This document shows positions 13,057 through 26,600 of a stretch of DNA of 64,000 nt, one piece after another. Both the position numbers and the translations under genes were made by a program. Location: assembly GCF_000150275.1 (NCBI RefSeq), contig NW_002060943.1, positions 11,284,878 through 11,348,877 on the forward strand, written 5' to 3'. This DNA comes from Trichoplax adhaerens (lineage: Eukaryota; Animalia; Placozoa). Below the pieces are notes generated by a model that saw only the letters and a program-made list of their open reading frames with translations, was not told where the DNA came from and did no database searches. The first letter of the stretch is position 1. Each line of letters starts with the position of its first letter.

Positions 13057-16000
13057 CTAATTGCGTTTCTTTTTTCCGTACCAATAATAGTACCAATCTA
13101 TCGATATAACCTCCAAACCACGCATATAGCCACAGATGAAATATAAAGATGAGACAATGATTACATGATATCTCAGGATAGTATTGTAATACGTTAAATA
13201 CATTGATATAGGGACAATTAGAATCCAAAACAGCGTTGCTAAAATAAATTTGAACTTCCCAGTAGTATCAGGAGTATTATTACCATCAAATGTTTTATCT
13301 ACAGTATAAAACTGGCGTAGTCGGTCTTCTTTCTCTGCCCAACGCTTTTTACACCATTCACCTAATTCTTCTTGGTCCTCAGGCAATTCGGAATTGTCAT
13401 AACGTTTTATTTGGTAATGTAATTCTTCTGGAATGTTGCCTTTAAGTAAGGTCATTTCACTTTGAGGCATAGTCTTAGGATACGCAACGGTGACATCATA
13501 AACAGCATCTAATCTTTTTTCACGAAGTTTACTAACAAGAAAGGCAAAGCCGGTCACTCGTGGATGAAGACAGTACTCATACTGTTGCAAACCATGTATA
13601 TTAGCATATTTATAGCCTCTCAAAGCAGATATTTCTTCATAGTTGGTTCCCTCAGGAAAGATTATAATCTTAGCCGGATAATCAATATCATTAAAATAAT
13701 CTAAGGTTCTACTAAACACGATTCGATCCTTTTCCCATTTCCGCTTAAGGAATATAAAATTCAACATTTGCATACCCCATCCTACAAATATAACATGGTC
13801 AGAATTAAGAAATGCTCTAGAAAATTTAGCTTCGTTAGCTATATAAGTATGGTCAGTAATCTTGATATTCTGAAATTAGTTCCGTAGACGTAGCCGAAAG
13901 TTGGTAACAGTTCATAACATTGCCTTGTTTAAAAACTCCATAGGTGACTTAGATATAACCAGTCTAAATTCTAAAGACATACACGTATAGTATTTTGTCT
14001 TTATAGTAGTGTATAATACTATGGTATGAATATAGTACTATTAAGTCTGATGTAATTATTTTAAGTAAGGCGGTTTGCAATAACAGAAAGTTAGTTTATT
14101 TCCTGGTGAGATGCATGAGCGTACTATTTTTTGAAATCGTTATACAGTACACTATTAGATGAAGTACGAGTAGTACATCAGTTACAGGATAGCTAGAATC
14201 TCGCATTATACTACCAATTGGAAATGATCAATTTTATATTGATTCGTAAAATGTATCATATCTGTAATAAACTCTATAGCATGATCATAGCCTATTTCGA
14301 TCTTGGTTGTTGCGCTGTCTATAGTGAGGGTGTAAATAACTACGGTCGTTGATTATATTTCATTATTTTATAAGAGATAGAGACGTAGTACAAGCAACGA
14401 GTTATTATAGTATACCGTAGGCTTACAACGGTGTTGTAACTTCTTTTACATATTACTAGAAGTATTACTAGAGTAGAATGCTACGATTATAGCTTACCAA
14501 CTCCAGGGACATATTTCAAATCGCCACGTAAGATAATTTTGATATTTTCCACCGCAAAGTAACGATGTGAAACGGCCCAAAATAGCAACCAATCTTGTCT
14601 AGTCCGATGATTCATAATTATTATACACCTTTCTTTCGGATCTTGCGGTAAATCACCAGTTACAAATACCTTCGTATCAAAAAATACCTCTACAAGTGTA
14701 GTATATCATAGTATATGATATGCAAATTAAACAGTATTAAAGATTAGTATGTCTAAGATATACCTACGTGTATAGTACCATTTTATGCAATCAACAATAC
14801 GCTAGCAGTGTAATAGCGTTATATGCGTATCGCAGCGTTATAGTTAGGTATCGATACTTCTTCAGTAAAGCTATTTAGATTTAAGTCATTTACTACAGTA
14901 TCACTGTTTTATTTCTGAAAATGTATTTCCTTATTTGGATTGATTAAATCAAAGTCTCAAAATGTAAAAGTTCAAGTACTATCAGTAAAAAGTCATCATG
15001 ATATCGTTTGCCGTAGAACAGTATAGTAGTACACGAGGTCTATCCTATCGACATTATAAAACTGAGACTACTAGCATAGTGAATGACACTACGATATTTC
15101 AAGTATTAATATAACTTGTAACCAGAAATGTGAAATTTTATAAGAATGAGTACACAATGTACACTTATCCGTAGCGCTTACCGTAGATACCCTATAAATT
15201 TAAAAATAATACAAAGAATAATATTAATCAATTTGGAAGTACATGCAATTACTTTAAGGTCTTAAATCATCAAAATAGAATATGCATTATACGATTTCAA
15301 TTAAATAAGAAACGAACATATCGTGATAACGTCGTGATCATCGTAGTGGGTTTGAATAAAGTGTGGTATATGAATTCATTAAGGTTGACAGACAGTATTG
15401 ATATGCATATACTGCCTATGCCAGCAATCAATATTTCAACATATACGTGTATCAATATCATCGAATTTAACTCTATCTATAATATTTAAACGCTGTTAGT
15501 ACACATTCTGCTTATTTTGCTATCCATCGCTAATTAAAAATACCATTTAATCAAATCAATATGTGTTAACTACAAATATTGTATGAATGATAAGTTTTTT
15601 GGATTTGCATGTCGATAGGAATGATCATTTGCCTATGTAATGAATATAACATATTTAATCGACTTGACTTTGCGAGAGATTAGACTATAGTAAGACATAA
15701 GATGAAAAGAGTTGTAAGCATTTAATTGAATAAATGTAACCGCTATTGAAATATCCTTCTATACATTAAAATTTGCACACTTAGTGGAAAAGATTTTACA
15801 ATAAGAACGAAGGTAAAATTAATTGTAATTGATGGTCGTATTTGAATTCTATTATCATGTATAATTATTAGATTCTTTTTGAATGTCTGGTTGAATATGA
15901 ATAAATGTGAATATTTTAATTTTTGCAATCAAACGACTGAAGGACTATCATCGTATGTTATTTCTGTTGATTTGGATTACAGTTTTAAATTATGTAGAGC

Positions 16001-16942
16001 AATCATTTGATTTTTCGATTTTAAATCCTGTACCTACTCGTCTTAATACAAGTATACTATACTGTACGTCTAATAAAGCATCGGATAGTGTGGGGGGGTA
16101 TTTCGTAAGGCGAGAGATGAAAGTGTGTAAGTTGTTTACTTACATTATGGTAAGCACATTGTCGTAAATTATGTTGTAAGCTAGACTACTCGTGATGCGG
16201 TAAATAGTAAATAGGACAATCCTGTACTAATAACATATTGAATATGATATTCAATGAATATAACATGCACCATGTAGTGTACTCGTGCATACACGTATGC
16301 TTATGACTGTTCTCCAATCGATTTTATCTGTTAGTTGTTAGCAGTGTCTTCAGAATCGGCGTTGAAATATTTTGAATCAATTAGTATCCTATGAATGCTC
16401 GTATTCCACTCTATTTAATGGTCATGTCGATTATAGGAGAGGCTATTGACAGTTACTTTATGGATTAACGCGTATTCATTGCTGTTGATATCGAAAGGAC
16501 TTAAGGGTGGACATTTTGTATTTGGCTTGGAAATCCTCCATTCGCATGATGTCGATGTTACAAGTATAGCATTAGACCGTTCGGTCATTATTGTAAATTA
16601 TTGATTTGAATAGCTACTCAAAAATTTCAATATGGTCCATAGTAATCAAATTAGGAACAGGATGGTTTCTATCACGGAAAGATATCGTATCTACTGTATA
16701 CATATATCTCTATACATAGTCGATTGTATGGGTGAGCTAGGACGAGCCCAACTGGTAAACTGATTGTGATTTACCGTGATAAATGCGGACCACCACCAAT
16801 ACATAAGGTCATTCCACCAGCGAAACAGTTTAGGAGAACATAACATAAAGATGAAGGCAGGAGACATAAAAATAACGGTACCACATAAGGAAGTGAGTAA
16901 ATAGTAGATAATGATTAGCATGCCAGCAATGACTGAAGCCAT
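13057..16942 (-). CDS. LCLAT1: Lysocardiolipin acyltransferase 1 (AGPAT8), 3 exons
   Basis: Exons 16942-16775, ~14699/14687-14498 and 13781-13057. Motifs: IIMNHRTRQDW (catalytic HxxxxD), FIFLKRKWEKD, FPEGT, LHPRVTGF, DAVYDVTVAYP; lysine-rich C-terminus KKKRN. The exon-2 acceptor is ambiguous. Confidence 0.92.
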
Positions 16943-17009
16943 TTTGATCTAGATATTACCAACTACCACAATGAAGGACAAATGGCTGTTTTTGACGTTA
17001 TCTAACTAC

Positions 17010-17885
17010 ACTACAGTACAAACAGTATGACTGAGTGTAATACATATACTGTACTGTACAGTATACAGTGTACAGTACAGTGTTCCCTATATACCAGTAC
17101 TGTACTGTATACTAACTACTGTACTGTACTGTATAATAATGGAATAATTGAGTGTCAATTTTATCACAATCTGTGAGCGATTCACGCGATGGAAAGGTCA
17201 AACGACGTACTGTAGAGTACAGTACTATACACTGTACATTGTACAGTACAGCACGCTAGAAACTGCACAGTGCATACAGTACAGTACACAGTACTGTACT
17301 GTACTGTACAGTATAGTATTGCGCAATGTCCACTGTCCACTGTACGGTACAGTGGACAGTACTGTAGCTCATGATGGCTTCCTGCCAAGACCAGAGTTCA
17401 TGAACTCTGAAGTCTCAATACAGTACTGTACCAAATGGACTGCTGTGTGGTAGCTATCAATGAGTCCATAGATGCACCATGGATTAATAACATGAAACAT
17501 TGAATTGTGAACAACACGGACTGTACAGTAGATCGTCTAGAAATGAAGAAGAACATACACAGGCCCCTCATTGGTCTGAGTCGAGTCCCAGACTCTTGCA
17601 TGCTGTACCTCTAGGGAATAAGACTGGCGTGCAGTCTCTCTTTTTGGACAGTACTGTACATCATACCATTCATAGTATCAGGCTGAGTCATGGCTGAATG
17701 GCAGACTTGCAGTCGTTGTTGATTGCTACGTGTACAGTACAGTACAGTACAGTACAGTCGTAAAGTACTATAGTACTGTAAATACTGTACTGTAGTGTAC
17801 AGTACAGTATTGTAACCCTACTGTACAGTACAGTACTGTACACTGTAAATAAATACTGTACAGTACTATACTGTAACTAGTACTG
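17010..17885. repeat. (TACAG)n/(CTGTA)n palindromic simple-repeat field upstream of LCLAT1
   Basis: Dense gtacagtacagtac and gtactgtactgtac runs in both orientations, interrupted by a more unique island at ~17390-17720. Confidence 0.9.
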
Positions 17886-19226
17886 TCGGCACGGTACCCA
17901 CAAATGAGTGAATCAACACGCTTGCGCAATCATGGTGTCCCAAGTAAAGCTCATCCGTTCTAACCAATACAAACTTGTTAACATGAAGTCACTGGTACAG
18001 TACAGTACTGTATGAGAAAGCGTCGAGTATGAATGGACACTTTATCCTTACCCGTAACCACGAACTACCATACCGCAACAATAGTAATCCTGCTGCGCAC
18101 GCATCACTGTGTGTCTCTTCATCCATTTCTCTCTACCGTACGGTACCACCAGACTCAGGCTAATAAGCATCACCCGACTACAGCGTTACACCTCATAACT
18201 TACTCTACAGTAATTAGAACAAAGACAGCTCATTACATCGACGTGTTTTTTTTGGAAGGGGAAATGCAAGTTATTCATTTTATTTTATGAAAAAAATAAA
18301 GTTCAAGAACTTATTGGATGGAAAGCTTTGACTTGGAGTCACTTAGAAGAACGTCGAAATTATACTAGAACAATTACGCCAAAGATACGTTGAAGACTTT
18401 GAATTTTCTTGTAAGTGACTATTTTGTGTCAATCCAGTGAAGTGATGACTTTTACACTAGCAATTGAAACTTTGAAAGATTCTCCTTTGACCATTTCATC
18501 AATCGCTGCTAGCATGCAATACATGACTTTATTCACCTACAAAGTTGATGCAAGTCCATGAATTTATAGATGGACATACAACAACCTATGTACCTTCGAT
18601 AGGGATGATAGCAGTAGGGTGATAGACCATGAAAGGATATTTTTCTTTGATTGAAAGTCAGACTTTTTGCGCAAAATCCATGTTGATCAATATCTCTCTC
18701 TCTCCTGACTGTATTGTACGGGACTTGGGCTTATACCAAGTCACTGAAATGAGTGAGTCTGCGGTAAAATCATAAAGAAACATGATTCATACGTCAACAT
18801 GTGTTGGATACTATTTTATACCCTGACTTTCAAGACTTCCAATGGAGGTGAAGTAGCCCAGATAGCTACCAAATTGCAAGATGTAGCTCTCTATTGGCTA
18901 ATATAAGGATGCGATGAATGAGTTATTACTGTACTCCATCTTTTCTTATTAATGACTCCGATTTGCTAATGCAGTATAGGACAAGGATAATGGAATGATC
19001 CGATAATGACAGACCATGACAATAAAAGAAATAAAATAACTCACTCGGTTTAAATCATTCATGACTTCATTAGAAACTACAAGTACGGCAATTATAAGTC
19101 AAAGACGTAGTATTTTTCATGCCGAAAAATAGAATATTCTTCTATTTTCGGCTTACGCACTGCATCCAAGTTCTCTCCCCCATACAGTCATACAGTACGC
19201 CGAGTACGGTGTATCGCTAATCGGTC

Positions 19227-19236
19227 TGACTCAGCA
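19227..19236 (+). promoter_or_regulatory. AP-1/ARE-like site in the presumed HECTD1 promoter or 5' region
   Basis: TGACTCAGCA matches the TGACnnnGC antioxidant-response consensus with an AP-1 core. Single site, function unproven. Confidence 0.3.
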
Positions 19237-20634
19237 TTCCATCTACTGCTCTCTACGGATACAGTCAATTAATATGTGTACAATCACCACATCGCGCTGT
19301 AATGGCACTTTTCTACGTCAAAGTCAATCCATGCGCGAACTCATATCTTTTATCCATCGTTAGTGAAAGTAGATTGGTACATTGAAAGTTAGTAACTTGT
19401 AAACTGAATTTGGCCGTAGACTCCTAAATAATCGAAGATTTAGGCTTAAGAGAGAAGCCGTATTGTACTTTCAACTGTTTCTACGCGTATAGTAATGCAG
19501 GGCTATACACTTTCGATATCAGAGGGGTAGACTCCACTGAATGTTCAGCCGAAGTTTCAGGACTATGTTTCCTGTAATTAAAGTACATGCTACCATACAG
19601 TAGTTACTTAATGGGTCGGTAGTTAGAAACCCGACACAGATAATTATAGTTCTGTGTTGAATATTTCATCGTCACAAAGTTATTTATGTACATTTCCTTA
19701 ATGCAGTAATTCGGTTTCCTTAACGACGACTGCTGCTTATTCGATCTTATTTTTATTGAGCGAATTCATTCTAAATCAAGTTGTACAGTAGTAATAGACT
19801 TTGTTATTTGGCATACTACCCTAACAGAATACATCGCTAATTGTGATTCAAATAATGTTAGAATCTTGAGCCTTTAAAGACGTCTTTTATAACGAGTACT
19901 GAAAAAATACTGTTGTTTCGGTTCTTAATAGCATAGACTACACTAATAGAACAACTAGAATGAAGGGGATATTGTATACGAGTATTGTGCTTGAATTTTA
20001 GGCTTAAAGTATACTGTAATATCGTAATTACACAAATAGAATAACTAACATGGAGGAGGTATCACATCCTATATAAGTCCTGTGCGTAAATTTTATAGTT
20101 TATAAGTATACTTTTAAATAGTTACATATCATACACTAGGACTTCCTAATTGTTAATTTTTGAGTAAAAGTACATTATTGCTTCAAGAAAAACACTGTAC
20201 TGTACAGTACAGTGTATACAATAAATATCGTCATTACCACAAATGCGCTGCTTCTGAATCTATCTTGACATGAAAATTCTTTTTATAATAATCTAGTAAA
20301 CTAAGTAAGTGATGAGGAAAATTGTTATAAAATTGCACGCCACAGTATTAAATATGCCTATGTAAAGAGCTATACTAGTAGTATTTTAGTAGTCTAGTAA
20401 CAACATACGAGGTTCAGTTCGATGAAGATTCCTTACAAAGCATAGCACTGCCATGGCCCATAACGATAGTCATGGACTCAGAGTTAGAATAATGCATGTG
20501 CCTTAGTGCTCAGACTGTGGTGCAGATCAGATCAATCATAACTCAATGTGATTTTTTTTTCGTCTTCTAATTACCTTTAACTCGATGCAACCCCTCAAAT
20601 GAAGTTTACTTTCCATTTTCACTATAGGAAAAAT

Positions 20635-23600
20635 ATGAGTAGCCTAGACGTTGATCCTGACACGTTATTGGAATGGCTGAACTCTGGCCATGGTGACCAG
20701 AGAGACATGCAATTAATTGCTTTAGAACAGCTATGCATGTTGTTGCTTATGTCAGATAATATTGATCGATGCTTCGAAAGGTAAGCTATTTCCTATTAAA
20801 TCAAGGAACGTAAATTTTTCAGCTAGAACGAGGCATATCACTTCACTTCCTGCACATTATCTCGTAGTGATCGACATTAAAATTTATACTTTATGCGCTT
20901 TTATTCAATTTGCTGTACAGTACCATAAATTGCTATAATTAATGCTTCTCAATCTTAACGAACTTTCAATACCAAATTTTTTCGTAGTTGCCCTCCTCGA
21001 ACATTCATCCCAGCGTTATGTAAAATATTTCTTGATGAATGTGCTTCTGAATCTATCTTGGAAGTTACTGCTCGAGCAATAACCTACTACTTAGATGTTT
21101 CTGCTGAATGCACCAGACGTGTTGTAAGTGTAGAAGGCGCTATTAAAGCAATATGTAACAGATTAATTATCTGTGGAGATCTGCAAGAATCTAAGTTGGC
21201 TAAAGATCTAGCAGAGCAATGTGTTAAGGTTAGTATTGTTATCCCGTAATTGCAAATAAGTTTCCCCTAGTTAGCTTCGTTGCTTGTATAGTAAGTAATT
21301 ATAATATTTAAAAATAATCAAGACCGCTCATTTTCCTTCTATTTTTCCCGTATGCATGCTATACGTTGCATATCTCGCACCGTGAATAGGTCTTAGAATT
21401 CCTTTCCTCGCGAGAATCAATTGCTATATACGAAGATGGTGGATTATTTTGCATGCTTTCGTTTATTCGGATTAATGGAGCGGTCATTCATCGCGATACA
21501 CTACATTCTGCAATGCAGGTTGTATCACGTCTTTGTAGTAAAATAGAACCGCAAGATTCCATGTTAGAAAATTGTGTCGAATCTTTATCAAATTTACTGC
21601 AACACGATGATCATTATGTACGTAATATAGAGTTAAATAGCATCTACAATCACTTACACGAGAAATTGAAGTCAAAGATTAATGCCACAATATTACTAAA
21701 CTTCTCTACAGGTTGCTGATGGTGCGCTGAGATGCTTCGTTTCGCTATCAGACCGTTTTACGCGTCGAAATGTTGACCCTGCTCCTTTAATTTCCCATGG
21801 TTTAATAGATTTATTACTGGAATCCCTTATGCAAGCAGCATCAAACAATACGTCTAATAATAATAGCAGCCTAATAGCTAATACTGCAAATTCGTCATCA
21901 TTTGTTTCATCCGATACTAATAAACCCAATCGAATTGGAACGATATCAACTATCATTGGCTTATTTTCAGCTATGTGCAGGAGTTCCAACTCTGTTACAC
22001 ATGTATGTACAGTACATCAAATTTTCGATTCTTCGTGATCTAAGGTAGCTAACTTATTCTTTTTTACTTGTAGCAATTATTGAGATCAAATTTACTTGAG
22101 GCTATTGAAGATGTTCTCATTGGTGAAGAAAGGTACATAATTGATGTACTGAATTAATTACTGACATTATCTCATCATATGCTATGTTTTCTTATATAGA
22201 AACGTATTGGATTGTCTCAGATTCATGGATTTGCTGTTAGTGCTTATATTCGAGGGTCGCCGAGCTTTGGTGCGACCAAATACTGTTAGTAGATCTTATC
22301 AGTCATTACGAAAGAGTGATAATTCATCAGGACATGATAAAACACAAAGGCAACTAATCGAATTCATACGAGGAAAAGATACAGAAGCACTCGTTGAAGC
22401 TATTGAGAATGGTAAGACGGAATCAGTTACTACAATACGTTAATTTTCGTCGATAATTTTGCAATTCAATTTACGTTTGGTCTTTTTGCTAGGATTGGAC
22501 GTTAATTATATGGATGATGTTGGTCAGACATTGCTAAATTGGGCGTCTGCATTTGGAACCTTAGAGACGGTATCTTACCATATTCAAAGAGTTAACATAT
22601 CTTCATAACATTAAATCAGTTTACCCTTGGACAAATTAATTTATACATAATCTAAATAGGTTGAATATTTATGTGAACGTGGAGCTGACGTTAATCGTGG
22701 ACAAAGGTCTTCCTCGTTACATTATGCCGCTTGTTTTGGACGCCCTCTAGTAGGAAAAGTTAGTATTAGTCTTACTTAATGGTACTACAACTAATCGTTC
22801 ACTTCTGCTAGAAAATTGATAAAGGAATTTTATATAGACTTTTCTCAAACTTTGTTAGTGTTCATTTAGTATGCAATTAATTAAATCGATTAAAAAAATT
22901 TACAGATTCTACTACACCATGGTGCTAATCCTGACCTAAGAGACGAAGATGGTAAAACGCCGATAGAAAAAGCGAGAGAGAGATCTGACGAGGGTCATAA
23001 GGAAATTGTACGAATATTACAATCACCAAGTAAGTTAAGCTTATTAATTAGCTAATTTCTTGCTGTATGAGCGATCATTTAAAATTAAATTATCCCTGGA
23101 CATATTTGTATGTGCAGGTGAATGGATGACTGTAATAGAAACACAATCAACTCCAGAAATTGAAAACGATTCCAAATCTAATAAGGATGAAAACTGCGCA
23201 GCAGATACGAATAAATCCATAACTGACGAAGGTGTTGATGTTCACGATGATATGAAAGGCGACCCAGAAATGGCACCTGTGTTTACTAAACGATTACTCT
23301 CTCTATTTGTTAAAACGTATCAGTCGACAATGACATATTCTATTAAAAAAGCTGTTCTTGTTGTAACACGAAAGCTGATTCACTATGCAACTCCTACTTT
23401 GTTAATGGATTTTTGTAACTCAACTGGTCAATCCTTTGTCACTGCAATCGTTGAAGTAATTGGCAATTCGCTCGAAAATCCTGATGATGAAGAAACCCAG
23501 CAAATTGCACTTCAAATAGCCCAGGACTTACTGAAAAAGGATCGTGAATCTTTCTTAAAGCAAATGTTAAGATTGGGTGTACTGAATATCATTTGTTCGC

Positions 23601-26600
23601 TAGTTGATCTCCCTGTTCAATCTACTAAGGAAGGAGATGCAGAAATTTGTGTGACAGAACCAACGGAGCAACCTGAAACATCTGATGCTACACAAATATC
23701 TCAAGGCATTCCATATATATGGAAAGACTGGTGTTTTGCTTACCATCGCGACTGTTTATACGCATGGAACGATTTCTGTGCGCTAGAGTTGCCTAGTGGT
23801 AGTAATGGTTGGTTTAGATTTGTTTGGGATGGTAAATTGGCGACAATGTACTCTAGTGGTAGTCCAGAAAGCGGTCCAGAATCGCCTGAAAGTCGAACTG
23901 ATTTTCTTGATAAAATTGAACAAGCCCGGAGTCATATTGCATCTGGATCAAAAAGCATTCCAATATTATCCAAAACAAGTGACGCAAAAATTGAATTTGG
24001 CAATTGGTTATTATCGAGCCCTGCAGACGGCCAACTGCACATTCGTAGCGATGGACAACAGCAACTTACTGTACTCCGTGAGAATTATCCAGGATTCATA
24101 TTTGAATCAAATCGTGGAACTAAACATTCGTTTACAGCGGAAACAACCTTAGGACCTAAATATGCGGGCGGCTGGAACGGTGAAGGTGCTAAAAGATTTT
24201 TAGTCAAGCATGAAGCAATGAAGCAGAAAATTAAAACTTTAGCTAGCGAAATTCGAGCAACGTACTTTGATAACGTTGAAATAGGACACGACGATGTTTT
24301 GACTGAACTAAGAAAAGTAGCAGATAGATTAAGTGATGCCTGCCTAGAAATTGAGAATTCTGCAGATAACGATGAGCTACAATTAAATTTAAAGAAAATG
24401 GAATCCGTCTTACCAACTCTTGTTTCTTATTTTAAAGATGAGAAAACAATCTCTACATATGAATTACAAAGCAGTGGTTTGGTTACTTCTTTATTATCAT
24501 ATTTTAACAGCTACGCTGACGGACACAGAAAGAACACCGCCGTTGGCTGTTCTTATGTTACGAATAGTCTAAAATCCTTTATTCAGGCGTTTGGTAACTA
24601 TGAATGTTGCGACAACAAACTAAGCTGTAGACCGGCAGTAAACTTAGTTCGCAAACTTGTATCAGTCACGGAATCGGTAGATCGATCGCCATTATTCTTA
24701 TATGAAAATTCTTTTTCAAGTAATGGTTTACAAATTTTAACACGTAAAATGCGTATTCACCTAATAAGACATCCTGAAAGTACAGATTTAATTGATAGAA
24801 CTGGAAAAACTTTGAAAGTGGAACCGTTAACAACTATTGGAGTTATATCTAAATTTTTACATAAAATGGTTGCTAAGCAATGGTATGATTTCGAACGGTC
24901 TACATTTAAATTTGTAATTCAGGCTAAAGATAATGGCATAAAGGAATTTAATTATGTGCGCGATTTCGATGAAAACGGTATCCTATATTGGATTGGAACA
25001 AATGGGAAAACTGTATCTGAGTGGGTAAACCCAGCACAATTTAACCTTGTTTCGATTACTTCGTCGGAAGGTCGCGGTCTACCATACGGAAAACTGGAAG
25101 ACATTATAAATCACGACGGACCAGCAACTAATTGTCATACCAGCGACGATAAAGGTGCTTGGTTTGCTATTGATCTTGGTGTGTGGTTTATACCTAAGTA
25201 TTATACGCTACGGCATTCCAGAGGGTACGGTAGATCAGCCTTACGAAATTGGCTTTTTCAAGTCTCCACTGACGGAGTAAACTGGATTACAATAAAAACT
25301 CACACTAATGATTCCTCTTTGAAAGAACCTGGATCCACGGCATCTTGGATTTTAAGTCCACCAACAGATAGCGGTAGTTGGCGTTATATTAGAATCCTCC
25401 AAAATGGTAAGAACGCAAGTGGTCAAACCCATTATCTTTCCTTATCAGGCTTCGAATTGTATGGTTCTGTCACCGACGTTGTCACTGAATCACAATTTGG
25501 TAAGGCAATAAAAGAAACTGAAAGTGCCTTAAAACGTCAACGTAAGCTTGTTCAACAAAATTTATCGAAAATTGATATTGGTGTAAAAGTAACACGGGGA
25601 TTAGACTGGCAATGGAATAATCAAGACGGAAACCCTCCTGGAATTGGAATCGTCACAAGTAAACTTCGTAATGGTTGGATAGATGTGAAGTGGTGCCATG
25701 GTGGTTCTTATACTTATCGGATGGGTGCACAAGGAAAATATGATCTAAATATAGAAACCAGTGATAAAGCAGAAAATCCTGAAGATGACCTATCCGTTGG
25801 TAATTTTGAGAGTGCGATGGACGACCCAACGACGGTAAATATGGAAAGTGCCAGCACTGTGAAAGATACGGAGGTAGTAGAGGAGATGGATGATGAAAAT
25901 GTTAGTAAGACGGTTGAAACATCATACTCACCCGAGGAGTGTAGTACTGATAGCGATTCAAATGCTAAAATCACAAAAAGTACTAGCAGATTATCAACAC
26001 ATGGCAAATTTACATCAACTTTGGTTGTTCGAATGAATTCGTCTCCAAAGGTAGTAAATTACCCAGATTCATCTACCAAAATATCAGCAGAAATCCAAGA
26101 AGTTCCTGAAATAGGACGATGTGGAAAAACTTCTCCTATTCTTGCTATGATGAAAGAGTTATCAGAAAACATTTCGAGAAATGACAATGAAATCAATAAT
26201 TTGCATAATCCTTTAGAATCGGAGACGGAGAATGAAAGTGATACTGATATAGACAATTGCCAAAATTCAACGTTATTAGCTGAAATGCAAGATGATGACA
26301 TCCATGCTGTAGATGACGAGAATGAAGATGAATTTGAGGATGATGAAAGACAAGATAACAACATAGAAGACAGTGGAAGAAATTGGGACGATGACCATAT
26401 ATTAAAACATCAATTTGACGCATTGATACCTGCTTTCGATCCTCGCCCAGGACGTATAAATATACCTCAGACTACTGATGTAACTGTACCTCCTCCCAAT
26501 TTCATAATGAATACTAGATCAGAAAGTGAAGGCTTGGGTGAACGATTATCGCTGTACTTACGATGTACTTCGATACCTGAAATTGATAAGATCGAAGTAG

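Noticed and set aside
17148-17601. Short Y/C/T/V/S/Q-rich ORFs (also 37078, 40724 and 59697-60111)
   Set aside because: They are translations of the TACAG satellite, open on both strands, with no splice or homology support.
18300-18900. Possible transposon relics: + strand WSHLEERR (LINE C-terminal-like) and - strand ILINMDFAQKV (DDE/Sola-like)
   Set aside because: Single short motifs amid stops. They cannot be supported without a translated profile search.
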